Shown: positions 48,021-58,387 of the stretch, piece after piece
Position numbering within the stretch: position 1 is the stretch's first letter
Layout of the letters: each line of letters begins with the position of its first letter
Assembly (NCBI GenBank): GCA_902594515.1
Contig: CACJML010000005.1
Coordinates: 25,283-89,282 of the forward strand
Direction of reading: 5' to 3'
DNA length: 64,000 nucleotides
From: an uncultured SAR86 cluster bacterium
GTDB lineage: Bacteria > Pseudomonadota > Gammaproteobacteria > Magnimaribacterales > D2472
Made by a program: the position numbers and the translations under genes
The notes under the pieces: generated by a model
Told to the model about the DNA's origin: nothing
Databases searched by the model: none
The model's input: the letters and a program-made list of their open reading frames with translations, nothing else

Positions 48021-49199
48021 ATGAAAATTGAATTAACAAAAAATCAACAAAAACTTAAAGACGAGCTAAAGGAGTATTTTTCATCCTTATTAAATAAAGA
48101 ACTTTTGAGTGAGATGAGTGATCCTCAATTTTTTGAGGGTGGAGGTCCAGAATTTAAAAAAGCATTAAAAATTATGGGTCGAGATGGATGGATTGGCTTA
48201 AGTTGGCCAAAAGAATTTGGTGGTAAAGAGTTCACTCCAATAGAGCAATATATCTTTGTTGAAGAGATTATGAGAACAGGATTTCCTTTTCCATTCTTAA
48301 CAACTGAGTCTGTAGGACCAATGATTGCTCAATATGGATCTGATTGGGCTAAAGAAACTATCGCAAAATCTATTCTTAGAGGTGAAACTATTTTTGCCAT
48401 AGGTTATTCAGAACCAAATGCTGGAACTGATTTAGCATCACTAAAGACACAAGCGTTACCCGATAAAGAAGGATTTAAAATTAATGGTCAAAAGATTTGG
48501 ACTAGTTTAGCGAATTATGCTGACTATATATGGTTGGCAGCCAGGACAAACAATGAGGTAAAAAAACATAAAGGCATTTCAATGTTTATTGTTCCTACCG
48601 ATAATGACGGGTTCTCTTATACTCCTATTCAGACTCTGGGTGATGTAACAACGAATATGACTTACTATGATGATATCTATGTTTCAAAAGACAATCTTGT
48701 AGGTGAGCTAAATTCTGGCTGGGATCTAATAACGAGTCAACTAAATCTAGAAAGACTTGCTCTAGTTAATCATGGTCCAGTGGATGAGTTATATCATCAG
48801 CTATTGTCGTTAGCAAAAATAACGAAGGTTGACTCAAAAAATGTTCTTTCAGATATTGATTGGGTTAAATCTAATTTTGCAAAAATCTATTCTGGCTTGG
48901 AGACACTTAAATTGATCTGTTGGAAACAAGTTTGGGGAATGGAAAATAATGTCCTTTCAATGACAGACGCATCTTTAGCTAAGATATATGGTTCAGAGTA
49001 CTTTATAGAAGCTTACAGAATGATGATGGAGATCTTTGGTGAACTCTCAATTGTTAGAGATGACAGTTTATCAATTCTTAACAGTAGATTGGAAAGAATG
49101 TATAGAACTGCCTCAATCCTTACCTTCGGTGGTGGAACTAATGAAGTACAACGAGATATCATTTCTATGGCAGGATTATTAATGCCAAGATCAAGATAA
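48021..49199 (+). CDS. Acyl-CoA dehydrogenase, large subunit type (second copy)
   Basis: 392 aa. YSEPNAGTDLASLKT; LNLERL (IVD-type Glu); C-terminal TFGGGTNEVQ. Confidence 0.8.
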   Translation: MKIELTKNQQKLKDELKEYFSSLLNKELLSEMSDPQFFEGGGPEFKKALKIMGRDGWIGLSWPKEFGGKEFTPIEQYIFVEEIMRTGFPFPFLTTESVGPMIAQYGSDWAKETIAKSILRGETIFAIGYSEPNAGTDLASLKTQALPDKEGFKINGQKIWTSLANYADYIWLAARTNNEVKKHKGISMFIVPTDNDGFSYTPIQTLGDVTTNMTYYDDIYVSKDNLVGELNSGWDLITSQLNLERLALVNHGPVDELYHQLLSLAKITKVDSKNVLSDIDWVKSNFAKIYSGLETLKLICWKQVWGMENNVLSMTDASLAKIYGSEYFIEAYRMMMEIFGELSIVRDDSLSILNSRLERMYRTASILTFGGGTNEVQRDIISMAGLLMPRSR

Positions 49200-50290
49200 T
49201 GGATTTTTCATCATCTAGTGAAGAAAAGCTAATTAGAGAAAGTCTAAAAAAACTCCTTGAGTCCTTCAGTAGTGAGGACTACCTTAAAAAGTTTGATTCT
49301 CATAGATACGATCCTGCATTACTTAGTGAGCTTATTGATAACGGTTTTCTTGTGGATCAAGATACAAATAAAATTAATTTTGATGTAATTAAAATATTGT
49401 CTGAAGAACTAGGATACTCGAATAGTCCTCTTAATCCATCTGCACTAGTATCCGATGTTCTAATTACACTTCAAGAATCATCATTTAAAGGTCTTTCAGA
49501 AATATTAAAGGATTTACTTTCAAACAAATTATATTCATATACATCTGCACTTAATGAGCCGTTAAATTTTGAAATTGAATCTCCAAAAGTGAACGGCAAA
49601 TTATCAAACAAAGGCTATGAGCTATCAGGAACAAAAATACTCTCTTACAATCTAGATATTGCTAAGAAAGCTTTGATATCCTTTATAACTGATGATGGAG
49701 TATATCTAGCTCTCATCGAAACGGATCAATTAGAAATTACTACTCTTGATGTCACCAGTAAGGCTCCCTACTCTAAGTTAAATCTTGATGGTGTAATTGT
49801 TAGTAAAGAATCAATTATCAATAAATCAGGTGAAGGACTTTATTTATTAAAGGATATCTATGCTCGAAGAGTGCTTATCCAGGCGTCTTTAGCTAGAGGG
49901 ATGGTTTTAAAGATGCTGGAATTAACTGCAGCTTATACAAGTGAAAGGGAGCAGTTTGATAGACCTATTGGATCATTTCAAGCAGTATCACACCGCGCTG
50001 CAAATATGTTTATAGACCATCAAGAACTTGATCTAAACCTTCAACAAGCATCATATTTATATAGTTCAGGTAGTGATTTAGAAAATCAAATTTTAAATTT
50101 AAAGTATATAACTGGTAATGTCTTACACAGAACGTCCTACGCGGCACAGCACCTACATGGTGGAATGGGCGTAGCTAAAGAATATCCATTATGGAGATAT
50201 TGCCTTTCTGCAAAAGAGCATGAAATTATTAATGGAAATAGCTCGAGTGCACTGGAAGCACTTTCAAAAAATATAACTTTAAATCAGTAA
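49199..50290 (+). CDS. Acyl-CoA dehydrogenase family protein, small subunit type lacking catalytic-base positions (second copy)
   Basis: 363 aa. YTSEREQFDRPIGSFQ; IYARRV at the IVD-Glu position; degenerate C-terminus EIINGNSS. It overlaps the large-type gene by 1 nt. Confidence 0.75.
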   Translation: MDFSSSSEEKLIRESLKKLLESFSSEDYLKKFDSHRYDPALLSELIDNGFLVDQDTNKINFDVIKILSEELGYSNSPLNPSALVSDVLITLQESSFKGLSEILKDLLSNKLYSYTSALNEPLNFEIESPKVNGKLSNKGYELSGTKILSYNLDIAKKALISFITDDGVYLALIETDQLEITTLDVTSKAPYSKLNLDGVIVSKESIINKSGEGLYLLKDIYARRVLIQASLARGMVLKMLELTAAYTSEREQFDRPIGSFQAVSHRAANMFIDHQELDLNLQQASYLYSSGSDLENQILNLKYITGNVLHRTSYAAQHLHGGMGVAKEYPLWRYCLSAKEHEIINGNSSSALEALSKNITLNQ

Positions 50291-50291
50291 G

Positions 50292-51218
50292 TTAGATTTT
50301 ATCAGCAAGCTCAGGAAGAGCATTAAAAAGGTCCGCTACTAAGCCATAGTCAGCAACTTGAAATATTGGTGCATCTTCATCTTTATTTATGGCTACAATA
50401 ACCTTTGAATCTTTCATCCCTGCAAGGTGTTGAATGGCACCAGATATACCCACTGCGATATATAGATTTGGGGCAACAATTTTTCCTGTTTGACCTACCT
50501 GATAATCATTTGGAACAAATCCTGCATCAACGGCAGCCCTTGAAGCACCCACAGCAGCACCAAGTTTATCTGCAATAGTTTCTAGAAGATGGAAGTTATC
50601 TCCTGATTGCATGCCTCTACCACCAGAAATGATGACATCAGCCGCTGTTAATTCAGGCCTATCACTTTTAGCAATTTCCTCACTTACAAATTCACTTTTA
50701 TCATTACTTACGATACTATCAAAACTTTCAACATCTGCAGAGCCTCCACTAAGCTGAACAGGATCAAAGGCAGTAGCCCTAACAGTAATAAGCTTAATTG
50801 AATCATTAGATTTAACTGTGGCAATACAACTTCCAGCATAAATCGGTCTTTTAAATGTATCTTGGTCAATCACGCCTGATATATCTGATATCTGCTGTGA
50901 ATCTAAAAGCGCACTAGCTCTAGGCATTAAGTTTTTTCCAAATGTTGTTGCCGGTGCTAATACATGAGAATAACTTGTTGCTACTTCTTTAATCATAGGA
51001 GCAAGAGCTTCAGGGAGTTGATGCTCCAACGTATCATCGACACTTGCAATCACCTTAGAAATATTTTCTATAGTTGATGCGGAATTGGGTAGCTCGGAGT
51101 TATTTGTTGCGACAAATAGATGTATATCATCACCTAATAACTTTGCTGCAGCTATGGTATTAAGGGTTGATGGTCTAATGCTGCTGTTGTCATGTTCCGC
51201 TATTACTAAAATACTCAT
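50292..51218 (-). CDS. etfA: Electron transfer flavoprotein alpha subunit
   Basis: 308 aa with [19 protein letters not shown]. Confidence 0.93.
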   Translation of the reverse strand: MSILVIAEHDNSSIRPSTLNTIAAAKLLGDDIHLFVATNNSELPNSASTIENISKVIASVDDTLEHQLPEALAPMIKEVATSYSHVLAPATTFGKNLMPRASALLDSQQISDISGVIDQDTFKRPIYAGSCIATVKSNDSIKLITVRATAFDPVQLSGGSADVESFDSIVSNDKSEFVSEEIAKSDRPELTAADVIISGGRGMQSGDNFHLLETIADKLGAAVGASRAAVDAGFVPNDYQVGQTGKIVAPNLYIAVGISGAIQHLAGMKDSKVIVAINKDEDAPIFQVADYGLVADLFNALPELADKI

Positions 51219-51964
51219 ATTGCTTTAGCCTCATTTTTTAATTTATCAACCAACTGATCAACTGACTCAACTTTTATACCAGCTTCTCTTTGTGGTGGTA
51301 GTTCTACAGATATGATTTCTGTTCTTGCTGATGTATCAATGCCAAGATCATTAATGTTTTTAGTAGCAAGCTCTTTTTTCTTTGCTTTCATAATGTTTGG
51401 TAAGGATGCATATCTTGGTTCATTTAATCTTAAATCCGTAGTTACAATTGCAGGTAAATTAACCTTGATGGTTTGTAATCCACCATCGATTTCCCTGGTT
51501 ACATTAGCAGTCTGTCCTTCGATTACTAATTTTGATGCAAATGTAGCTTGTGGAAGATCAAGTATTGCAGAGAGCATTTGACCAGTTTGATTATTATCAC
51601 CGTCAATGGCCTGCTTTCCTAAAATGATAAGATCAGGATTTTCTTCATCAAATATTTTTGCTAACGCCTTTGCTATTACTAAAGGCTCAGGATTTTCCTC
51701 AGATTCTATGAGAATTGCTCTATCACAACCTAAAGCTAAAGCAGTCCTCAGCTGTTCCTGTGAAGCAGATGTACCAACAGTAACAGCAATTATCTCTGTA
51801 GCTGTACCACTTTCTTTTAATCGTACTGCCTCTTCTACAGCAATTTCACAAAACGGATTGACTGCCATTTTTACATTGTTTAGATCAACATTTGAATTAT
51901 CGCTAAGAGGCCTTACTTTAACGTTATAGTCAACAACTCTTTTAATTGGTACGAGAATTTTCAT
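51215..51964 (-). CDS. etfB: Electron transfer flavoprotein beta subunit
   Basis: 249 aa with [18 protein letters not shown]. Confidence 0.93.
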   Translation of the reverse strand: MKILVPIKRVVDYNVKVRPLSDNSNVDLNNVKMAVNPFCEIAVEEAVRLKESGTATEIIAVTVGTSASQEQLRTALALGCDRAILIESEENPEPLVIAKALAKIFDEENPDLIILGKQAIDGDNNQTGQMLSAILDLPQATFASKLVIEGQTANVTREIDGGLQTIKVNLPAIVTTDLRLNEPRYASLPNIMKAKKKELATKNINDLGIDTSARTEIISVELPPQREAGIKVESVDQLVDKLKNEAKAI

Positions 51965-52049
51965 ATTTATTTAGTAATATAGTGTGAACGTCTTTTAAGA
52001 GCTATAATTGTAATGTTTTTTAAGAAAAATAAAAGTCAAAGGATCAATC

Positions 52050-53708
52050 ATGGAACGTGATGTAATGGACTACGATGTAGTGATTGTAGGAGCTGGTCCA
52101 TCAGGATTAAGTAGCGCCATAAAACTTGCACAGTTAGCAAAAGAAAATAATAAAGAATTAAGCATTTGTCTTATTGAAAAAGGTTCGGAAATAGGAGCTC
52201 ATATACTTTCGGGTAATGTCTTTGAGCCAACTGCATTGAATGAACTAATTCCCGATTGGAAGGATAAAGGAGCTCCTCTAAATAACCCTGCCAAAAAGGA
52301 TGTTGTTAAATTCATGATCTCCCAAAATTCATCTTTCAAAATACCCTTCCCAACCTTTTTGATACCCACATTTAACAATCACGGAAATTATATTATGAGC
52401 TTGGCTAATTTCTGCAGATGGCTTGGTGAACAAGCTGAGCAATTGGGAGTAGAGATTTTTCCAGGTTTTACTGCCTCAGATATTATTGTTGAAGATGGGA
52501 TAGTTAAAGGAATAGTAACTGGAGAAATGGGGGTTTCACAAAACGGTGAAAAAAAGCCAAGTTATCAACCTGAGATGGAATTACGTGGTAAGTACACTAT
52601 CTTTGCTGAAGGTTGCAGAGGACATTTAGGAAAAGAATTAATCGCCAAATTCAACTTAGATAGTGACAAAGATCCACAACATTATGGGATTGGATTTAAA
52701 GAAATTTGGGACATTCAACCCGAAGACCATCAAGAAGGCACAGTAATGCATACCATGGGATGGCCAAGCAATGGAACTATCTCTGGATCATATTTTTATC
52801 ATGGTGAAAATAATCAAGTCTACTTAGGTTATGTAGTGCCTTTGGATTATGACAATCCTCATTTAAGCCCGTTTGATGAATTTCAACAATGGAAACAGCA
52901 TAAAGATATAAAAAATATATTAGAAAAAGGGACTCGAGTGGCTTACGGTGCAAGAGCTCTTATCAAGGGTGGATATCAATCAAGACCAAAAATGTCTTTT
53001 CCGGGAGGCTTATTGGTTGGAGATAATGCTGGAACTCTTAATTTTCCAAAAATTAAAGGGACTCATACAGCAATGAAATCTGGCATGCTGGCCTCCGAGG
53101 TAGTTTTTGATGCAATAGTAAATGATAAACTTAATGAGGATTTAACAGAATACGAAAATGCATTTGTAAATTCTTGGATCAATGCTGAACTTTATAAAGC
53201 AAGGAATTGGGGTCCATTTTTGCATAAGGGCCTCAAATTAGGATTTAAGGGTTTGCTAGGAGTAGCCCTAGCTGCGATTGATCAATTTATTTTTAGAGGA
53301 AAGCTACCATTTACTCTTCATCATAAAACTCCTGATTATGCGTGTTTAAAGAAAGCCTCTGAATCACCTAAAATTGATTACCCAAAACCTGATGGAAAAG
53401 TTAGTTTTGATAAGCTTTCTTCGGTTTTCCTTTCCAATACAAATCATGAAGAAGATCAGCCATGTCATTTACAATTAAAAGATCCTTCTATACCCATTTC
53501 TACCAACTTACCCATTTATGATGAGCCTGCCCAAAGGTACTGCCCTGCCGGTGTTTATGAGGTCGTTGAGGATAACGGAGAGCATAAATTTGTAATTAAT
53601 GCTCAAAACTGTGTCCACTGCAAAACATGTGACATTAAAGATCCATCTCAAAACATTAAATGGGTAACGCCAGAAGGAACTGGGGGACCTAATTACCCAA
53701 ATATGTAA
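52050..53708 (+). CDS. Electron transfer flavoprotein-ubiquinone oxidoreductase
   Basis: 552 aa. FAD motif VVIVGAGPSGLS and a C-terminal 4Fe-4S region CPAGVYE...CVHCKTCDIKDP. It is divergent from etfBA. Confidence 0.92.
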   Translation: MERDVMDYDVVIVGAGPSGLSSAIKLAQLAKENNKELSICLIEKGSEIGAHILSGNVFEPTALNELIPDWKDKGAPLNNPAKKDVVKFMISQNSSFKIPFPTFLIPTFNNHGNYIMSLANFCRWLGEQAEQLGVEIFPGFTASDIIVEDGIVKGIVTGEMGVSQNGEKKPSYQPEMELRGKYTIFAEGCRGHLGKELIAKFNLDSDKDPQHYGIGFKEIWDIQPEDHQEGTVMHTMGWPSNGTISGSYFYHGENNQVYLGYVVPLDYDNPHLSPFDEFQQWKQHKDIKNILEKGTRVAYGARALIKGGYQSRPKMSFPGGLLVGDNAGTLNFPKIKGTHTAMKSGMLASEVVFDAIVNDKLNEDLTEYENAFVNSWINAELYKARNWGPFLHKGLKLGFKGLLGVALAAIDQFIFRGKLPFTLHHKTPDYACLKKASESPKIDYPKPDGKVSFDKLSSVFLSNTNHEEDQPCHLQLKDPSIPISTNLPIYDEPAQRYCPAGVYEVVEDNGEHKFVINAQNCVHCKTCDIKDPSQNIKWVTPEGTGGPNYPNM

Positions 53709-53709
53709 T

Positions 53710-55464
53710 ATGGGTACTTCTAATTTTATAAAATCATTTATTGTTATTTTTCTAATTGCTTCTTGCTCAGAAGTTTCAGATATTGATAAATTTAATTTAA
53801 TTGTTGATGAGCAATGGAACAAAGTTATATCTGATAATCCGGTATATGCCTCAAGCATGGGCGATCTTTCAAGAAATCAAGAATGGGGAGATAGCTCTTT
53901 AAGAAAGATCTTTAAAGACCATGAGTACGAAAGGGAGATGCTTATTAAGTTAGAAAGCATTAATCCAAAATCATTTAGTGAAGATGATTTAACAAATTAT
54001 AGATTGTTTGTTAAGCAAGTATCTGAATCTGTCGAGATGCATCAATATAAAATTTATTTACTGCCATTTAGCCACAGAGGTGGTATTCAATTACTTCATG
54101 ATACTACCTCAGTTTTGCCTTTTAGAACTATTGATCACTACACTGATTGGATTGAACGACTTAAAAAAGTTCCTGATCTAATTACTAATGAAATTGCTGT
54201 AGCTTCCCAAGGTATAGAAAATAGTGTTATGCCTCCAAAAATATTAATGGAAAGAGTTAAGGAGCAAATCAAACTTCAAGCCAACACTACAGCTTATAAA
54301 AGTCCATTCTTTAAGCATTTCGCAGAAATGGATTCACGATTATTTTCTGAAGTTGAAATTAAAGAAATTCAAGATCAAGCCCTTGAAGTCATTAGCAGAG
54401 ATATCATTCCTGCCTATAAAAATTTATTAAAATTTTTTGAGAAAGAATATCTTCCGAATTGTAGGACATCAATAGGTATCAGCGAGATTCCCAATGGTAA
54501 GGCGTATTATGAATTTACTGCTAGAAAGTTCACAACAACTGATTTAACACCTGAAGAAATTCATCAAATTGGATTAAATGAAGTTAAAAGAATCAGGGAT
54601 GAAATGGATGATGTTATTGAATCTGTTTCTTGGAAAGGTACTTTTAAGGATTTTCTTAATGACTTACGAACGAATCCTAAATTTTATTTTGATAATCCTG
54701 AAGATTTATTTAAGGAATATTTAGCAACTTCTAAAAGATTAGACCCCGAACTAGTAAATCTATTTAAAGTATTACCATCGATACCATATGGGATTAAGCC
54801 TATTCCCGAAGAAAGTGCACCCGACACTACAACAGCCTATTACCAAAGACCTGCTGCTGATGGATCTCGTGCTGGATATTATTATGTCAATCTCTACAGA
54901 CCTGAAGTTAGGCCTAAATATGAGATTGAAGTTCTTAGTGTTCACGAGGCAGTTCCTGGACACCACTTACAAATTGCACTAGCTATGGAGCTGGATTTAC
55001 CAAATTTTAGAAAATATGGTGGCTTTACTGCATTTGTTGAGGGTTGGGGACTTTACAGTGAGAGTCTTGGTTATGACATGGGGCTTTATAAGGACCCCTA
55101 CTCTAAATTTGGTCAACTAACTTATGATATGTGGAGAGCTATTCGGCTTGTGGTTGATACTGGTATGCATTATATGGATTGGTCTCGACAAGATGCTATT
55201 AACTATTTTTTAGATAACTCTGCTAAAACTCAGCAGGATATTATTAATGAAGTTGATAGATACATTAATTGGCCAGGACAAGCTCTGGCATATAAGATTG
55301 GTCAACTTAAGATTCTTGAGCTAAAAAATAGATCTAAAGAAAAACTTGGTGATTTATACGATGTAAAAGATTTTCATCATGAAGTCTTAAAAAGAGGTGC
55401 TATACCGCTTTACATGCTTGAAGAAAATATTGATTCTTGGATTGAAGATACGCTAAATCTATAG
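53710..55464 (+). CDS. DUF885-family protein, predicted lipoprotein
   Basis: 584 aa with lipobox IASC and a VHEAVPGHHLQ motif typical of DUF885. Confidence 0.7.
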   Translation: MGTSNFIKSFIVIFLIASCSEVSDIDKFNLIVDEQWNKVISDNPVYASSMGDLSRNQEWGDSSLRKIFKDHEYEREMLIKLESINPKSFSEDDLTNYRLFVKQVSESVEMHQYKIYLLPFSHRGGIQLLHDTTSVLPFRTIDHYTDWIERLKKVPDLITNEIAVASQGIENSVMPPKILMERVKEQIKLQANTTAYKSPFFKHFAEMDSRLFSEVEIKEIQDQALEVISRDIIPAYKNLLKFFEKEYLPNCRTSIGISEIPNGKAYYEFTARKFTTTDLTPEEIHQIGLNEVKRIRDEMDDVIESVSWKGTFKDFLNDLRTNPKFYFDNPEDLFKEYLATSKRLDPELVNLFKVLPSIPYGIKPIPEESAPDTTTAYYQRPAADGSRAGYYYVNLYRPEVRPKYEIEVLSVHEAVPGHHLQIALAMELDLPNFRKYGGFTAFVEGWGLYSESLGYDMGLYKDPYSKFGQLTYDMWRAIRLVVDTGMHYMDWSRQDAINYFLDNSAKTQQDIINEVDRYINWPGQALAYKIGQLKILELKNRSKEKLGDLYDVKDFHHEVLKRGAIPLYMLEENIDSWIEDTLNL

Positions 55465-55971
55465 CCTCCCAAAGCAATACTCTTGATTCGCACTCTTTAT
55501 GTAAAGGGCACCATCTCTTTCATAACAGGTGTTAATTAATTCGTAATAAATATTTCTTGAAAAAAATCCTTCAATTGAATCACGTACATCAATAATAGGT
55601 ATTATTTCTTCGTTAGATTCTAGAAATGAAATTTGAGTATCTTTAAGAGAAAATGAGTAATTCAAGTTAGTATCAAAAATGTATGTATCATTATCGATGC
55701 GAAAATCAATAATCATGTAAGGTGCCAAATCAACTTCAACAAATACTTTTTCTACAGGTGTGACACAATAATAATTATTATTTTCTTTCTTTAATATTGA
55801 AGCAAATAAGATTTTTAAAGATTCCTTTTTTAATGGAGAGTTTTGATAAAACCATTCACCATTTCTATCAATGTTAAATTTTACTCCTTCACATAAATCT
55901 GGATTCCATAAATGAACTGGAGGAAAACCAGGAGTCTGCTCAATTTGTTTTGATAGATCTTCTAACTTCAT
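55459..55971 (-). CDS. DUF1285-family protein
   Basis: 170 aa. The pattern PPVHLWNP...IDRNGEWFYQNSPL...CVTPVEKVFVEVDLAPYMI matches my recollection of DUF1285. Confidence 0.6.
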   Translation of the reverse strand: MKLEDLSKQIEQTPGFPPVHLWNPDLCEGVKFNIDRNGEWFYQNSPLKKESLKILFASILKKENNNYYCVTPVEKVFVEVDLAPYMIIDFRIDNDTYIFDTNLNYSFSLKDTQISFLESNEEIIPIIDVRDSIEGFFSRNIYYELINTCYERDGALYIKSANQEYCFGRL

Positions 55972-56558
55972 AAAATATTTATTAAAACTAATAAGCCCAT
56001 AGTTATTAAGATAATCCCCAGTATTTTATTTATTAGCGATACTTTGTCAGTATAAATTTTTTTGATTGATGGAATACTTAAAAAGTAGGCTAGAAAAATA
56101 AACCAAGCTGTAGTTGCTAATGAAAAATAAATTATCAACCAACTAATTTCATATGTTGTATACCTTAATGTTAAGGCACTAAACAGGGAAACAAAAAAGA
56201 TGAATGCTTTTAAATTTAAAATATTTGTAAAAAAGCCAATTAATAAAGATCTTCTATCCAGGGTATTTTTATTATCTTCGAGGCTAATATTTCTTGAAGC
56301 AACTGATTGAACTCCCAAAAAAATAAGATAAATAGATCCTATGTAAGGTATATAACTTCCAATGGGTTCACTTAATATCAATGCACTTAGCCCATAAAGT
56401 GCTAAGGAACAATGTATTAAAATCCCTAAGCCAATACCAATAGCGGAACTTAATCCAGCCTTAAATCCAGAAGCTAAAGTCTGCCTCATCACTATAAATG
56501 TATCAGGACCAGGTGATGCTACAGCTAAGAGGTGCGCAATTATGGACAAGAGAATCAT
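55968..56558 (-). CDS. LysE/RhtB-family amino acid exporter
   Basis: 196 aa with about 6 TM. The N-terminal AVASPGPDTFIVMRQTL motif is typical of the LysE family. Confidence 0.75.
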   Translation of the reverse strand: MILLSIIAHLLAVASPGPDTFIVMRQTLASGFKAGLSSAIGIGLGILIHCSLALYGLSALILSEPIGSYIPYIGSIYLIFLGVQSVASRNISLEDNKNTLDRRSLLIGFFTNILNLKAFIFFVSLFSALTLRYTTYEISWLIIYFSLATTAWFIFLAYFLSIPSIKKIYTDKVSLINKILGIILITMGLLVLINIL

Positions 56559-57499
56559 TTGTAAATTATTGGCTCAGTCTGCAAATGAATGCCAAACTCA
56601 TTGAAGACAGTATTTTTAATTGATTCAATTGATTCCAATAGCTCATTGAACGATGCATTTTTAGGATTAGTTAAGACTAAATCATGATTTTTATATAACT
56701 CTATTCCACCCTGCAAATTAAGTTTATGTTTCACATGGCCAATCATGCTAGCTGCTGATAATTTTTTAAATGATTCTGAAATTTCAATAATATCTATCTT
56801 TGAGTCTACATCTTGATCACTATCAATAATTGGATTTTTAAAAAAACTGCCGCAATTTGGCAGGGCTTTAATATCAGGAAGTCTTAGCGCCCTTACTCTT
56901 CCAATAGTTTCAATAATATTCTCTTTAGAAATATTTATTGAATTTTTTGCCACATACTCTGAAAGAGACTTATAGTTCAAATTTGGCTTGAAAGTAGTTT
57001 CAAGTTCGAATGAAACTTTTGTAATTAGATATTTCTGAGATTGAAAAATTGATGATCGATAAGAAAAATTACATTCACTATTGGTTAATTGAAAGATTTC
57101 TAATGATTCCAAATCAAGACATTCAACAAATTTAATGACCTGCGAAACATCTTGACCATAGGCACCAATATTTTGAATTGGTGAAGCGCCAACACTTCCT
57201 GGAATATGTGCTAAATTTTCAAGTCCATATAAATTATTGTTGATAGAAATTTTTACTAATTCATGCCAATTTATTGAAGCGCCTGCCGTGATAGTTGAAC
57301 CATCAACTGATAGTTCATTATCAATGTATCTAACACAATTGAGTGCAACGGATTCATTAAAAACAGAATTGGTATTTTCACCTAGGATTACAGATTCTTT
57401 AACATCAATTGATTGTAGTTTTTGTTTTAGATCTGCAGTGGTAACTTCAAAATAATTTTTAGGTTTAAAGCTTATCCCAAATGATGATCTTAAAGTCAT
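56555..57499 (-). CDS. murB: UDP-N-acetylenolpyruvoylglucosamine reductase
   Basis: 314 aa with IPGSVGASPIQNIGAYG and ECNFSYRSSIF. Confidence 0.88.
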   Translation of the reverse strand: MTLRSSFGISFKPKNYFEVTTADLKQKLQSIDVKESVILGENTNSVFNESVALNCVRYIDNELSVDGSTITAGASINWHELVKISINNNLYGLENLAHIPGSVGASPIQNIGAYGQDVSQVIKFVECLDLESLEIFQLTNSECNFSYRSSIFQSQKYLITKVSFELETTFKPNLNYKSLSEYVAKNSINISKENIIETIGRVRALRLPDIKALPNCGSFFKNPIIDSDQDVDSKIDIIEISESFKKLSAASMIGHVKHKLNLQGGIELYKNHDLVLTNPKNASFNELLESIESIKNTVFNEFGIHLQTEPIIYK

Positions 57500-58230
57500 T
57501 TTTCACTTAAGATTGATAAAGTTTTCTTGTAATCTTTTTCCGTATCAATACCTATTGGTGCAGGTTGATCATATTTGTTTACATAGATTTTATAACCATG
57601 ATCTAAAAATCTTAGTTGCTCTAACCTCTCAGTCTTTTCAAGATACGTAACATCTAAATTTGCCAATTCTTGTAAAATGCCTCGATTATAAGAATAAATG
57701 CCTAAATGTTGATAATAAGTAATATCTGAGATCTCATTACTGTTAGGTATTAAAGACCTTGAAAAGTAGTGAGCGTAATTATTATTGGCTGTAACAACCT
57801 TCACATTATTTGGATCGGTAATCTCATTTTTATCAGATAACACACATGCAGCTGTAGCAATGTTAATGTTAGATCGTATTGAATTTCCTGTTTCAGTAAT
57901 TATGTTCTCTGGCATCAATGGCTCATCGCCTTGAAGATTTAGGATCGTTTCGTCATCACTGATTTGAAGCAATGATGCTGCTTCATTCACTCTATCCATT
58001 CCGGATTGATGATCAGATGAAGTCATCAAAACCTCGCCTCCAAGAGATTTAATATGATCAAAGATATCTTTATGATTAGTTGCAACAGTAACTGAAAGTG
58101 GATTGATGGATTGGGCTTTTTCGTAAACCAATTGAACGATTGATTTACCATTGATCTGTAATAAAACTTTATTTTTTAATCGAGTTGACTCTAATCTTGC
58201 CGGGATAATGATGTGAAAATTATTCATCAT
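57496..58230 (-). CDS. kdsB: 3-deoxy-manno-octulosonate cytidylyltransferase
   Basis: 244 aa with IIIPARLESTRLKNK and LQGDEP. The order lpxK-ycaR-kdsB is as in E. coli. Confidence 0.92.
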   Translation of the reverse strand: MMNNFHIIIPARLESTRLKNKVLLQINGKSIVQLVYEKAQSINPLSVTVATNHKDIFDHIKSLGGEVLMTSSDHQSGMDRVNEAASLLQISDDETILNLQGDEPLMPENIITETGNSIRSNINIATAACVLSDKNEITDPNNVKVVTANNNYAHYFSRSLIPNSNEISDITYYQHLGIYSYNRGILQELANLDVTYLEKTERLEQLRFLDHGYKIYVNKYDQPAPIGIDTEKDYKKTLSILSEK

Positions 58231-58387
58231 TTAATGGCTTGATGGCCTCTTCAACCATTCTTGGAATTGAATCTACAATAGGATAATAAATCTTGCATGA
58301 ATGGCACTCTAGATTATCTTCATTTTTTATCAATTTGCCTTTACATTTAATGCAAACCAATATGTCTAGAATTTCATCTTTAAACAT
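58220..58387 (-). CDS. ycaR: Trm112/YcaR-family small zinc-ribbon protein (UPF0434)
   Basis: Absent from the ORF track at 55 aa. My own translation is MFKDEILDILVCIKCKGKLIKNEDNLECHSCKIYYPIVDSIPRMVEEAIKPLNDE. The CxxC...CxxC spacing and the P..DGIP-like motif match E. coli YcaR. It overlaps the msbA::lpxK stop by 8 nt and the kdsB start by 11 nt. Confidence 0.8.
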   Translation of the reverse strand: MFKDEILDILVCIKCKGKLIKNEDNLECHSCKIYYPIVDSIPRMVEEAIKPLNDE

